DNA of 64,000 nucleotides from Eledone cirrhosa (GCA_964016885.1 OZ024743.1:70432001-70496000), one strand, 5' to 3'. Positions 12,905-27,925 are shown, numbered from the stretch's first letter. Numbers and translations are program-made. Notes: generated by a model from the sequence alone, not told the origin.

Positions 12905-13535
12905 TCGTTCATTCTGTGAATAGTAAGAATGTTTTACAGATTTAGAATGTTCGAGATATTGCAGACATTTGTAGATTATGAATTAAGGAGCTATGTTCTT
13001 TCTCCACAAATGCAAGTCCAGTTACACTTTGCTCCAGGTGGGTTGGTATATAACCTATTTCTCCAATAATAACAGGTATGAATATGAGCAATTATATTGG
13101 ATACTGGATCTGCAAACTCCACGTTAATGATCCGTATATATCCTCCTTCTCATTGTACTTACCACATTGACATCGAAAGGGAAACTGACTGTACAGCAAA
13201 CATATTCTTAATGTGTTATTATTCCAAACAACAATATCTAACAGGTTGTGCTATAATTTGGTGGCAGCTTTTGTTTTTGGGTTCCACCAATATTCCTTTG
13301 GGGGTGATTTTCGTCTTCAGTAATGGAATCCAGATCATTCTAGCTATCACATCATGCCTCAAGAGGAGGTAGTACCGGGAAGATATATTAATGTGGTTAA
13401 CCCCTTCAATATTTGTTTCACACAGTCTACATTTATTGTCAACTGATGACCCTCCTCTTTTGTACTGTAGGTACTTTGTGAAGATTTCTTGCTCCTCGAT
13501 TGCATGGAAATATCCTTTTCAAGGTGGGATATTTT
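12905..13535 (-). mobile_element. decayed R4/Dong-like LINE C-terminus (zinc knuckle + restriction-like endonuclease)
   Basis: Manual minus-strand translation: AIEEQEIFTKY..KCRLCETNIEGVNHI..RHDVIARMIW..DIVVW..FDVNV..PVIIGEIG, with frameshifts. Confidence 0.7.
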
Positions 13536-13845
13536 TTGTGTTCTTGTGAAATATTAATTGGTTTATTTATGTGTTTAACATTACCATTCCGTGTATATAT
13601 AAATATGTTAAGATGTATCTAACGTGTCTATACATATATGTTACAACATAGCTAATGTTTAAACATGTACAAATATTTGTATGTAATCTTACCATCTTCT
13701 ATAGCTCAACGTTTCCAATATTTGGTATGTTTCCTTCATATCAGCAGTAATTACACACATGCAAGTATCGGGACTGACCATAACGGTCACTATGTATGTA
13801 TGTATGTATGTATGTATGTATGTATGTATGTATGTATGTATGTAT

Positions 13846-14457
13846 GTTGTCAGGTCACCAGTTGGTGCTACTGGTAACATGTATTCCAGTACAATCTGTC
13901 CCATGGTCGGGTCGTTGGCGACTAAACTGGCAACCCCACCAAGGTTTCTTGGTGAGGAGGGTGACTTTGGATATCCTGCAGGACTAAAAACAAAACCTGT
14001 CAATGGGCAAAGGAGCTCTTAAGAGTCAATGGCCATCCAAAATCACCGGGAGAGATGACTTCTTAGCCTTTGTCAAGGCAGAATTCTAGGAGAAGGAAAA
14101 CTCTGATATAACACCTGCAACCCTGATGGTATCCAATGATGTTGACTTGTTCTTCTTTTTGGTAAATATCATCTTGGTTAAGAGAGTGGGACTGGCTTTG
14201 TGCAGTGCCTTTGCTCACTATAAAAGCTTCACGGCACAGGCATTGCTTTATATCTGGAGATCTCTCTGCACTTGTCGCCACATGGTACCATGGGCCCAGC
14301 ACTATGTGTCAATAATTGTCACAAGTGTAGTGTTTGTACCAGAGTTTTCAAGTCGCTGGCTGGACTAAAAAGTCACACTCGTTCAGTGCATCGGTAGGGG
14401 TTCTCCTACATGGATATAAAGTAGTGGCCGTACTCGAAAACGAGTTGGCAGCCACCA
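13846..14457 (+). mobile_element. apparently full-length non-coding RTE-related element flanked by (TATG)n
   Basis: Same right end (GGCAGCCACC) as 7181-7742; diverged homologues at 17616-18152, 32779-33237 and about 34268-34450. Confidence 0.7.
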
Positions 14458-15457
14458 TGTATGTATGTATGTTTGTGTGTATGTATGTACGTAGGTAGTT
14501 TAAAATGGATAAGACGCGCTGTATATCCTACGGTGCCCCCCCCCCCCACACACACGCGCGCACGCACACACACACACATACTTACACACTCTCACACTCA
14601 CACAGACACACATATATATAGTCAGAATTATCTGCTCTCTTCAGTACGAAGGCCTCCTCAAGCCGTTACCAATTTCTGATGTCATTTGTCACTCTCATCC
14701 TTGTCACACCCATAAATTTGTTTTTTTCATTATTCATCTCATCCTCTGTCTATCTCGACTATGTCAACATGTCCCTCCCCCTCAGTCTCAATTCAATATA
14801 TATCTTTGTCCATCTGTGGTCATTTGTTTGTGCCACATTCCCAGTCAACTTTCATTTTTTCTTTTTTCTTAATATTTTTAAGACACCTCCTTTTGTTTGC
14901 TTGCTTATCCATTGACGACATTTTTTGTCACCTTTATATTGATTCCTAACATCATTCTTCCATACTGTTTTGTGTTGTTCCAACCATCTCTTCTGTATCT
15001 TTACTCACCAATCATGTGTCTAATACATGAGTCATTGCTTTAGGTCACACTCTCCGCGTAAAGGTAATTTTCTCGTCCTATTCTTTGATTTACTAAAAAC
15101 AATCCAAATTAGATTTGTCATTATGCTATATCTTTTTGTGTGCGTGTGGTTGTGTGTATATGTGTGTGTGTGCGTGTGCATGTGTGCGTGTGTATGTATG
15201 TGTGTGTTTGCGTGCGTTTGTGTGTGCGTGTGTTGCGTGTGTGTGTATGAGTGTCTATGTGTGTGTGTGCGTTTGTCTGTGTGTGTATGTGTGTGTTTGT
15301 GTGTGCGTGTGTGTGTATGTGTATGAGTGTGTGTGTATTGCGTGTGCGTATGTGTGTGTGTTTATGAGAGTATGTGTGTGTGTGTGTATGTAGCTGTGGA
15401 TATTTGTTATATTAGGAAGGAAAATGTAGCAGGGATTTAGAGGTCTTTTTCTGTGTG

Positions 15458-15504
<47 letters not shown>

Positions 15505-15645
15505 ATTAATTAAATGAATAAATAAATAATTGTTTAATTTATTAAATAATTAATTAATTAACAAACTAATTAATTAATTAAAGGACTCATAGGTGAATCA
15601 AATTGTAATAATGGGCGAGATATGAATAAAGCATAGTTGTAGGGT

Positions 15646-15960
15646 GGTATAGAAGTCAGGTATCTGAGGTTCTATTTAATGGTGAAGAATTCAGCCAACT
15701 GAGGTTCTATTTAATGGGGTAGAAGTCAGCAAACTGAGGTTTTATTTAATGGGGTAGAAGTCAGCAAACTGGGGTTTTATTTAATGGGGTAGAAGTCAGC
15801 GAACTGAGGTTCTATTTAATGGAATAGAAGTCAGGTAACTGAGGTTCTATTTAATGGGGTAGAAGTCAGCGAACTGAGGTTCTATTTAATGGAGTAGAAG
15901 TCAGGTAACTGAGGTTATATTTAATGGGGTAGAAGTCAGCGAACTGAGGTTCTATTTAAT
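15646..15960. repeat. minisatellite, 9 x 35 bp
   Basis: Unit GGGGTAGAAGTCAGCGAACTGAGGTTCTATTTAAT, no spacers. Confidence 0.95.
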
Positions 15961-17354
15961 ATATCGTAAAACTGGGGAGGAAGACAAATGGAGTGGATTT
16001 ACAAATGATGTAAATTTTAGGTGAACTAATGTGTGAGTGTACGTGTGAGTGTATGTGTGTGTGTGAGTATATGTGTGTGTATATGTGTATGTGCGTGTTT
16101 ATTTGTGTGTTTGTGTGTGTATATGCGTGTGTATATGCGTGTTTGTGTACTTGTGCGTGTTTGTGTATGTATGTATGTATATATGTATGTGTGTATGTGT
16201 GTGTGTATATGTGCGTGTGCGTGTATGTATGTGTATGTATGTATGTGCGTATGTGTGTGTGTGTGTATGTGTGTGTGTGTGTGTATGTGTGTGTGTGCGT
16301 GCGTGCGTGCGTGCGTGTATGTGTTTTCGGGAAATGTTTAGATATTTCATTGTATGAAATATTTTAACAGTTCACACAATGAATACACTCTAAGTATTGG
16401 GTTTTAAATAGATACATCGTATTCTTGCGTGTCAAAATAGATGATTTGTTATCAGGAAAAGCATCTGACCGTAAAACATTGTTTCAAAAGTAATATAAGT
16501 TAGCAGCTTTCATGGAGCCCTGTTATACTAACCCTTGCTTTAGCGGGGACAATAGACTTCAAATGCTTGCGGCTGCGTATGAACATAATGACCTTGACTT
16601 TGAAAAAGACTTCTCATTATGTAACTGTAAATGTTGAGATCTAAGAAAACGTGGTATCACAGAATTTATGTTGATCTATTTTAACATAATGTCAATAAAA
16701 AAAATCAATTTATTTTGAAAATATTTTAATTTTTGTTATAACCATTCGCAAGAATAATAAGTGGAAAAATTTGCATTTAAAAAATAATCTATAAAATTTG
16801 TATTATAATAAATATTAGATTTAAATAAAATTAACTGTATAGGCTAAATACGTAATATAAATTGATATCAGCAACAATGGATATATTCAATTCATTGCAA
16901 ATAATTTTTCAAAAAAAGGGAAACTTTATATAAAATTCTAAGTAAACAAACGAAGATCAATAAGTCTTTTAAGAAAAAAATGAAAAAAGAAGCCTTCATT
17001 TATGCGTGAATCTTGCAGAGATAAGAATAAGTATTTAAAAAATGGTTGCTATTATTATTTCGATTAAAAATACTAATAGCCCATAGAAAATCTAATAAAA
17101 GAAATTTTTTTTAATGTTAGTGACTGCGTTGCTGAATCGATAAAAAAAGTTCAGTTATGGCTGCGATATTGTATAGTTTGAAACATCATGATAGGCAATA
17201 ACCGGTGTAATTAAACAAAGTGTATGCTACTAACAATTGGATCTAAGGACATTCAGTGTAATGAATGTCAAATTCAAATAATGGGTTACGTTGGGGAGTT
17301 ATGAAAAATGTATTTAATTTGTTACACACACGCACACACACACACACACGCACG

Positions 17355-17421
<67 letters not shown>

Positions 17422-17424
17422 GAC

Positions 17425-17606
17425 AAAGAGGGTGATGTAAGATACTAGGTGAAACATAACGCGCCAGAGTACTCAATACTTAGGGTAGTAGAGTGGGTTA
17501 TAGGAAAAGAGTCAGGACCCCGACGACTGAGCTCCGGCCCTTTCGACAGCTAGATCCGACGAAACTGCTGGAGCTCAGCCGTCGGTGTCCTGACGCTATC
17601 CTATTA
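17425..17606 (-). mobile_element. fold-back short element (family also at 18608-18725, 18762-18820, 30809-31006, 61625-61760)
   Basis: CAGGACCCCGACGACTGAGCTCC..GGAGCTCAGCCGTCGGTGTCCTG inverted arms; flanked by microsatellite. Confidence 0.65.
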
Positions 17607-17615
17607 TATATATAT

Positions 17616-18152
17616 GATGACTGCCCCCTCGTTATCGAGTATGGCCATTGCATGATATACCATTATTAATAATTATTAATTAATTCTATCGTGCAATGCC
17701 TGTGCGTGAAGATATTTTTTAAAGTGAGGAAAGACTGTGCACTGAGCCAATCCCACTCTCTGAGCGACAGTAGCTATAACCCGAAAAGAAGAAAAGATCA
17801 ACATCATCGGTAACTACTGAGCCGCACGTTTTATATCGGAGTTATCCCAGTTCCCTGAGTCGCCTTCTCCTAGAAGAATGCCCTGACAAAGGCTAGGGGT
17901 CCTTCACTCCCAGTGGTTTAACCACGCGGTACATGTGTATATAAATATTTACACACTTTTGGATGGCTGTTGACTATTATGAGTTCTTCCGCCCTTTGTC
18001 AGGTTTTGTTATTTGTCCTGCAGGGTGTCCAAAATCACCCTCCTCACCAAGTAAACTCGGTGGGGTTGCCGGTTTAGTCGTCGACGACCCGACCATGCAA
18101 CAGCTTGTACTGGGTTACATGTTACCAGTAGCACTCAAAAGTCACCCGGCAT
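17616..18152 (-). mobile_element. diverged copy of the RTE-related non-coding element
   Basis: Both termini homologous to 13846-14457 in reverse complement. Confidence 0.65.
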
Positions 18153-18429
18153 ACATATATGTATATATATATATATATGTATGTCGGGTGAGATTTATAT
18201 ATATATATAAAAGTATGTATTCCTATGTGTAAATAATGCACACAGGGATACAAGTATTTTCCAACCGTACGGTTCGATGGTAAGTTAATAAATTAACATG
18301 CCAGAACATATAAAATCACGTTCAAGCAAATAGAGAAAAAGTTTTAAAATAAATTTCAAAAAATATATATATATTATATAAATTCAGTGAGAATCGCATT
18401 TCGGCGAGTAGAAAAAGCGAAACGAAACG

Positions 18430-18544
<115 letters not shown>

Positions 18545-18724
18545 ATAACAAGGTATCGTTTAAGGTGATCCAGTTCATTCTTCACTATTTCACTATATAT
18601 ATATATATGAAAAGAGCCAGGAACCCGGTGTTCTGACTCTTTTCCTATTACCCACTCTACTACTCTAAGTATTGAGTCCTATGGTGCGGTATGGTCCACC
18701 TGGTATCGTACAACAAGCTCTTTG

Positions 18725-18763
<39 letters not shown>

Positions 18764-19257
18764 TCCAGAATTAGCCGTCGAAACGGCTTGAGCTTAGCCG
18801 TCGTGGTCCTACTCGTTCCTATATATATATATATATATTTATTTATTTATATATATGTATATGTATGTATATATAAATATTCATATACACGTAAATATAA
18901 TTACATAAGTACCTGTATAACACATTACAGACCTGGACTTCATCGTATGAGAGGGAAATATAGCTCTTAATTTATATACAAAGATAGTCTGTAGTTAGTT
19001 ATGTGTACAAAGAAATCTAAATACATATTATATTTCACGAAAATCATATTAGCTATTACAAGTTTCAGTGAAGTTGATAAGGTTATGTTGTATAAACTGC
19101 AATTTATTACTGAGAACATATTATTGAGTGTTAGAACAATGGAAATATTGAATCAATTACTAGTCAGATATGAAATAGAAAAAGACGTAAGATAGGAGTT
19201 GAAAGGAAATTGTGTGATAATGAAGACTGAATAGATTGGAATTAAAAAAATAGTATT

Positions 19258-19640
19258 AATGGTTTCTACTTTAGGCACAAGGCCAGCAATTTGAAGGGAA
19301 AGTCGATTAAATCGACACCAGTGCATTACTGGTACTTTATTTTATCGACCCCGTAAGGATTAAAGGCAAAACTAACCTCGATGGGATTTGAAATCAGAAC
19401 GTAAAGGGCCGTAACTCTATGGTTTCTGATATAGGCACAAGGCCAATAATTTTAGGGGGAAAGGGAAAGTCGATTAAATTGACGCCAGTACTTTATATTA
19501 TCAACTGGTACTTTATTTTATCGACCCCGTAAGGATGAAAAGCAAAGTGAACCTCGGCGGAATTTGAACTCAGACCGTAAAGGGACGTAACTATGCTGGA
19601 AAGCATGGCGTCCGACTCTCTACCTATACTGCCAATCGCT
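19258..19640 (-). mobile_element. two tandem SINE family A copies
   Basis: Consensus match. Confidence 0.85.
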
Positions 19641-19724
19641 ATAAAATAATAACGGTTTCTAATTTTGGCACAAACCGGCAATTTTTGGTGAGAGAAAAAG
19701 AAGTCGATAATATTGACCTCCCTG

Positions 19725-20551
19725 TACTCTCGGGTCCTAAATAATAGGGGATTTGGAATAAGAAGGGCGTGTGTAGGAAAAGCGAGGGGAGTTGGAATAA
19801 GTGGGAGGGGTAGAATAATCGAGGGTGGTGGAAAACCGATAATTTTTCTAGGTTATCTCTATTGATTTTTTTAAACAAAACCAGAATTAGTCGTTTAGTT
19901 TACATATTGAGAACCCAACCCATCCTATTTATTTCATAACGTATGGGATTTCTTGTGATGTACTTTTTTTTGTTATGTATAATGTTTTTTAATGTCTAAA
20001 GAAAATTAATTGTCGCAGGAATTCTACTACTTAAAATAAAATTTCGCCGGAGATAGATTAGCAAAATTTAATGTGAAGATCGAAGAATATATTTGCTGTT
20101 CATACATACACATACATACGCTCGGCTCTCGAGTAATGCCCCCCCCCCCCCACACACACACCTCACTTAATACTTTTTCAATTGTTTTTCACTGATACCC
20201 CCGCTTTTTCCACAGACACCCAGCTCTTATTCCAACCTGCCGCTTATTAAATTTTGCTACTCTATCTCTAGCGAGCGAAATTTTATTTTAAGTAGTAGTT
20301 TTCTTGCAACAATTGATTTTATTTCTACATTAAAAAATATTATACATCACAAAAAAGTACATTACTAGAAATCCCATATGTTATAAAACAAAAAACAAAT
20401 ATGAGTTGGGGTCTCAATATGTAAACTAAACGACTAATTCTGGTTTTGAATAAAAAAAAAATCAATGGAGACAACGTAGAAATATTACCGATTTTCCAAA
20501 CACCTGCTTATTCCAGCCTACCCCCATCCTATAATTTGGGATGCGAGAATA
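19725..20551. mobile_element. two opposed copies of a MITE-like DNA element (third copy about 48919-49280)
   Basis: AAACCAGAATTAGTCGTTTAGTTTACATATTGAGA at about 19878, inverted at about 20413-20447 and again at 48996; termini resemble TACTCTCGGGTCC. Confidence 0.55.
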
Positions 20552-20913
20552 TACATACATACATATGCCTATCTGTACACATATATACACATATATCTAC
20601 AGGGGCGGTGGAAGCATTTCTGAATTGAGGTGCCAAATTTGGTCAGTTTACTTGTATTGATTAGTTTAGCTCTTTGCAATCTTAAATGGTCAGAAAACTT
20701 CGATATGCGATAAAAATAACATAAATTATAGCGCATATACAAATAGATGCTTTTTGGTAGTCTGGGGAGAAAAATTTAATTATTGTGGGTGACGGCATGA
20801 CACCCCCCCCCCCCCAGCCCCACGCCCCATAGTTGCACCACCCCTGATCTATGCACAGTCACACAAGTTATATGAATCCAATAGATGTCGTGGGTTGAGT
20901 ATTATTATAAATA

Positions 20914-21749
20914 CTAGCAGAAAAACCACCCCTTGGGTGTTTTTTCTGCTAGCACGTGTAGTGTGCATATCGGTATTATACGCATGTATATATGCATGTA
21001 GATATGATACATCAAATAAAATCGTAATTGACAATATACACAGAAATTGAACGAAGTCTGCGTTACACTCTCTTGTAAGTAATCAGTAACGTAATCCATG
21101 ATACATTAAAAATGTAATCAGTAACGTAATCCATGATACATTAAAAAAAGACGATATTATATATAAACTGCATTAGGAGAAAATTGGCGACGGAAATATA
21201 TGAATGTTTATTTAAGCGATCGCTAACCGGAAGTGTTGACATTTGAAAATTTTAAAGAAGTGAATCTTAAAATAAGGAACAAAATGATTTATATTTAATC
21301 AAGAATAACGAAATTTAGTAGATAAATTATGTAATATTCATTCATTATATATTTAAATCGCTGGATTGGCAGTATCTGTAGAGAGTCGGACTCCATATTT
21401 TGCAGCACAGTTACGTCCCTTTACGGACTGAGTTCAAATCCCGCCAAGGTTAACTTTGTCTTTCATCCTTACCGGGTCGATAAAAAATAAAGTACCAGTA
21501 ATACATTGGGATAATTGGTGGCCTTGTGCCAAAAGTAGAAACAATTATTTATTCAAATCCCGCCGAGGTTAACTTTGCCTTTTATCCTTGGATAAAATAA
21601 AGTACCAGTAATGTACTGGGTATTTGCTGGCCTTGTGCCAAAAAGTAGAAACAATTATTTACTCAAATTAATCCAACTTATTTTACAAACGCGATAAAAA
21701 AATATATTCTGGACGCAGTGACGCACTCCTTACTTTATTATAGTTTAGA
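20914..21749 (-). mobile_element. non-autonomous Helitron containing nested SINE A copies (about 21360-21657)
   Basis: Minus strand starts A|TCTAAACTATAATAAAG and ends hairpin + CTAG|T; reverse complement of 22901-23389. Confidence 0.75.
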
Positions 21750-22488
21750 TATGATAATTGTTGACAGAGTATCTGTTAAACTATAAAATACCTTAAGCCT
21801 GTTTTCTATTGAATATATATCGTTACGAAGCAACCTTTGATAATGATCAGAAATATACATTAAGTATAGAACTATTAAGTTAAATTTGAGGGGAAAATTA
21901 ACTACAATATTTTTTTTTTTTTTATAGATAAGAATCTAAATCGATAGGAAGTGGTTTAATAAGAATACGTGGATCACATGTTTGTGAATAAAAATATATC
22001 GTACCATGATGAATATAATATCAAGTAGAGATGGAATTGATCCAAGATTTAAAAAGTGGAATTGATCGAATAAAAAGTGGTGCAATAATATATTCAATGT
22101 TCCATGTTTATTAATTTCTATTGTATATGTTTGAAATAATATCATAACGTAGAGAACGTATGGTGCTTATATAGCAATAGCTGTTTGTGAGGAGCCATTG
22201 TTAGAATATATAGCGAAGAATCTTATGTGGAACGTAATTAGCAAACTAAAGAGAAAATGAAATTTAAAATATAATATGTAGGATTAATAGAATTCAGAAA
22301 GAATGTGAGTGATTCCATATTCAATATATGAATATCTATTTGGAAATATAATAGGTTTAAAGTATTTTAAACTTCTAAAGATACCGAGTTTACATTATTA
22401 CATATCTATAATGATACTCGACCCATGACATCTATTGGATTATATAACTTATGTGTCTGTATACATATATATATATATATGTGTGTTT

Positions 22489-22546
<58 letters not shown>

Positions 22547-22658
22547 ATATATATATTTATATGGCGATGAATTTGTTTTTCAAGGGTTTTGATATGAAAT
22601 CATGTATTGAAACACATATCGTTATATTTGGAGAGGGTCATGGTGTTATAATATTGCC

Positions 22659-22710
<52 letters not shown>

Positions 22711-22900
22711 TTCTTCTTCTCTGGAAGAAATCTCCTGGGTTTAAAATAATAGAAGACAGAGTCTTAGCCAAGTTGAAAATGTTCAAGACACGCCGTCTAT
22801 CACGACGTTGACCCTACGACTACATCGGGAGTTACGTGTCCATGTGTAAACATTGTAACACTGGGACTGATTCTGGGGATTAATAACAACCAGCAACTAA

Positions 22901-23389
22901 TCTAAACTATAATAAAGTAAGGAGTGCGGGACTGCGTCCAGAATATATTTTTTTTATCCCGTTTGTAAAATAAGTTGGATTACGTTGAATAAATAATGAA
23001 TAAATATTACATAATTTATCTACTAAATTTCGTAATTCTTGATTAAATATAAATAATTGTGTTGCTTATTTTAAGATTCACTTCTTTAAAATTTTCAAAT
23101 GTCAACACTTCCGGTTTGTGATCGCTTATATAAACATTCATATATTTCCGTAACTAATTTTTTTCCTACTGCAGTTTATATATAATATCGTCTTTTTTTA
23201 ATGTATCATGGATTACTTTACTGATTATATAAGAGAGTGTAACACAGATTCTCTTCAATTTCTGTGGATATTGTCAATTACGATTTTATTTGATGTATTA
23301 TATCTACATGTATATAAACTTGCGTATAATATCAATATGCACACTACACATGCTAGCAGAAAACCACCCGAAGGGTTGTTTTTCTGCTA
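22901..23389 (+). mobile_element. non-autonomous Helitron
   Basis: 5' A|TC, 3' CTAGCAGAAAAC..GTTTTCTGCTAG|T hairpin end, no target-site duplication. Confidence 0.75.
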
Positions 23390-24031
23390 GTATCTTTAAA
23401 AGGAAGACACAAGTAATTCTCCAAGATACATTACCTCACAAGAAATTCAAGATAGTCATAACTGCAATGACTTTGATCAAAGATATACGGGATCAGGACC
23501 GATTTGCGAAGCTAAACCACAGCAACAACAACAATAACTACAACAACAACAAAATCAAAAGATTGAGAAGGGAAGTAACATTTTGATACGAGCTTTCAAC
23601 AAAGATGAAAGATTGACATTTTATTCTTTGGTCTAGTGATTCTGTCACTGAACGGCCGACACCATCCCTGCAGAGAGAAATATTACATAATTATTCAACA
23701 ACAAATACACCAACTATAATGAAATAAGGTCATGCTAGTGAAAGAACGAACTTTAATAATGACATAAGTAGAAATACAGACAGATGCAATGAGAGTGTCG
23801 GCAGCTAGACCTTGTGGCGATGTACTCGGCTCACCAGAATCATCTAAGGAATTTAATAATTTATTGTTTGCGTCCGTATATATATGTGTGTGAGTGTGTG
23901 AGAGTGGGTGTGAGTGTGTGTGTTTGTGTGTGTCTATGCAGGAGTGGTGGAAAAAGAAGAGCAAATAAAATAGACATATAGTAACTCAGAGAACACACAG
24001 GAAGATATATATATATATACATTTATATAAT

Positions 24032-24062
<31 letters not shown>

Positions 24063-24063
24063 T

Positions 24064-24137
<74 letters not shown>

Positions 24138-24199
24138 TTATACTCTGCTATGTATTGAGTACCTTACTTACTGTTGTTACACCCGATTGAACCCAGGAT

Positions 24200-24900
<701 letters not shown>

Positions 24901-25304
24901 ATGTATGAAGGCAACATGGCTGCACAGTTAATTTCGCTTGGCAATCATAAGGTTCCGTGTTTGATTACATTGTGTGGCATCCATGACAAGTGTCATTTAC
25001 CATAGATTCGGGTCGACCCCAGATTTGTGAGTGAAATTGGGGGTAGTGTTTATGGTGGTTGCTGTTGATTTTTAACCCTCAACTCAACCTTAAACTTTTC
25101 CAGCTATACAGGCATTCCAGGCATGAGCCCCTAATCATTTATTCCTGCATTTTATATTTACTACTACGTTATATTTATTGGGGCGATAACATTTGATTTG
25201 AAGTAGATTTGGCTGCTTTGTCTAGCATGTCGAGCGGTTGAGTACTCACACTCATATTGGCTCGACAGCATTGTAAATAATTCAGGCTTGTTGTTGTTGT
25301 AGCA

Positions 25305-25456
25305 GTGGTGGTGGTGGTGGTGGTGGTGGTGGTGGTGGTGGTGGTGGTGGTGGTGGTGGTGGTGGTGGTGGTGGTGGTGGTGGTGGAGGTGGTGCTGGTG
25401 CTGGTTGGTGGTGGTGGTGGTGGTGGTGGTGGTGGTGGTGGTGGTGGTGGTGGTGG

Positions 25457-25487
<31 letters not shown>

Positions 25488-25815
25488 GCTGGTTGGAGGT
25501 AGTGGTGGTGGTGGTGGTGGTGGTGGTGGTGGTGGTGGTGGTGGTGGTGGTGGTGGTGGTGGTGGTGGAGGTGGTGCTGGTGCTGGTTGGAGGTGGTGGT
25601 GGTGGTGGTGGTGGTGGTGGTGGTGGTGGTGGTGGTGGAGGTGGTGCTGGTGCTGGTTGGAGGTGGTGGTGGTGGTGGTGGTGGTGGTGGTGGTGGTGGT
25701 GGTGGTGGTGGTGGTGGTGGTGGTGGTGGTGGTGGTGGTGGTGGTGGTGGTGGAGGTGGTGCTGGTGCTGGTTTGAGGTGGTGGTGGTGGTAGTGCTGCT
25801 GGTGGTGATGGTGAT
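25305..25815. repeat. (GGT)n array with recurring GGAGGTGGTGCTGGTGCTGGTT interruptions
   Basis: Five GCTGGTGCTGGTT interruptions define a higher-order repeat. Confidence 0.9.
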
Positions 25816-26074
25816 GTAGGTCAACCGTATTCAAGCGGAATTGTCATCAAAAGGCTGTCCTGTTGTGGCCCATCCCGCCGGGTTTTTTGTGGTGGTGTTG
25901 GGGTGGGGAGGGTTCATGTATGTATTTATCGTATATATGCAATATGCCCTGTAACTCCCTATGGGATCGTAGGGGCACTGTAGTGTGCTTTGGCTGTTTA
26001 AACCTGATGGTGTCCAAACACTTTCCAAGTCTGAAAACAGCCGATTTTTTCAAAGAGGGAGACGGAGACAGATA

Positions 26075-26845
26075 AATTTCTTTATTAGCCACAAGGGCAC
26101 AAAAGAAGGGGACAAATACAAATTGGGTGTTTACATACAGGTATATAAAAATAAAACTATTAATACAATAACAAATAACAATTGAAATCCCCAATAGGGG
26201 GAAGGTGTTACACAGGGGTTGTACACACCCCGAAAAAATGTACAACCCTCATCTCCAGGAGCACCAAGAGTGAGTACTCCCTTCTTCTCTTCCTCTTTTT
26301 CCTCAACCTACAGGCTTATATAGAGAGAAGGCCCAACCACTCGGGCCATCTCTGCACATTCACCCACCTTTCATAAAATTTGTTGGGGTACAGCTCCTCT
26401 CTCTCCATCCTGGTTCTTCTTCCAAAATAATATTTGAAAAAACGAATCAGTTGCTCGCCGGAGAGAAAGGTGTCTGACCTCAGCCCTTTTAACCTCGTCC
26501 ACCATATAACCTCTTTCACCATAGCCATAACACATAGGAAAACCGCCTCTCCCTCGTTTTTGAAGCAGGGTGGCGGTTTGATCATGACAATGGACTCGGT
26601 GGTCAACTGGATTGGTCCCATCCGCGACAATAGTCGTTCTACATAGTCCCACAGGTCGGTAACGCCCGGGCAGTGTACAAATGAGTGTGCGACGGTTTCC
26701 TTGTCGCGCACGCATCTCGGACAGATCTTTTTCGAAGGGTCCCTACCTGGGCGCCCGTGTCTGTAGAGCTTGTCTCGAACTTGTAGAGCTCCTCGGTAGC
26801 ACTGCCAGGCCAGGGACTTTTGGAAGTTGTCTATTGGCCCGGGTG
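26075..26845 (-). mobile_element. Tx1/L1-clade LINE 3' fragment
   Basis: ETVAHSFVHC..KEVIWWTR; homologous to 1-948. Confidence 0.85.
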
Positions 26846-26904
26846 GAAGGTCCTACAGAACAGACTGGCTGTTTGTATAGATAGATAGATAGATTTCTTT
26901 ATTG

Positions 26905-26993
<89 letters not shown>

Positions 26994-27034
26994 TAGATAT
27001 AGAGAAAGAATCGAGCCCAATACTTCGAAAGCAT

Positions 27035-27925
27035 GTATGTTAGATGCCTGATGGAGGGTTTTCGCTTGGTTGCACGTCTCTGAACAGTTTCCAGGAGGTC
27101 AATATTGTGAGCAAGATAGGGGTTCCAGACTGGTGATGCAAATTCTATGCCCACATCATAGCTATATACAGCTTTAACTAGATAGCTGGAGAGCGGCTGA
27201 CAAAGGTGTTACTGAGTGATGCCAAGACACTCTCGACCTTCTTGACAATTTTACGGATGTGCTTTGTCCAAAGCAAATCGCTGCTGACAGTAATGCCTGA
27301 GTTTTTCCTCCCAAAATGCATGGTGGTACACTTGTCCACAGCAAGCTTGAGTTGCCAGTCCGTGATCTATTGCTGCATTGTGTCCAGGTTTGATTACAGG
27401 AAAGATCTATAGTGTTCAGGATCTGTCCTATTTATCTCAAGGTACAGCTTGATGTCATCTGCATATTTCAGCACTGTGGCATCTATGTCATTAATATATG
27501 CAACAAACAAAAGGGGACCAAGAACAGATCCCTGCGGTACACCAGATGACATCTTATAAGGGGAAGAATACTGTCCTAGAAATGTGACTACCTCTTTTCG
27601 ACTGAGAATGAAGGACTTCAACCAGTTAAAAAGATTTCCCACCCATTGCAGAGAATTTTGACATAAGTCTTTTGTGTGGCACAGAATTGAAAGCTTTAGC
27701 AAAGTCAATGTAAAGAACATCTACCCATGAGCCGTCATCAGTGAACCCGGTGAAACCTTCAAGAAACTTGATAAGTTGATCACAGCAGCTGGAGTTAGGG
27801 ATAAATCCAAATTGCGAGAGCCGGATAAGGCTGTGAGAATTCCAAAAGTTCCAGAATGTTTCTCTGACACAGGATTCCATCAGTTTGGCAATGCAGCTAG
27901 TAAGACTGGCTGGATGATAGTTGAT
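27035..27925 (-). mobile_element. CR1/L2-group LINE reverse transcriptase fragment, frameshifted
   Basis: SQFGF, YIDFAKAFNSVPH, SGVPQGSVLGPLLF, YADD, EFASPVWNP..LETVQRRATK. Confidence 0.9.

Noticed and set aside
15646-15960. 35-bp repeats of CRISPR-like length
   Set aside because: Units are contiguous with no unique spacers, no cas genes, eukaryotic context; a minisatellite
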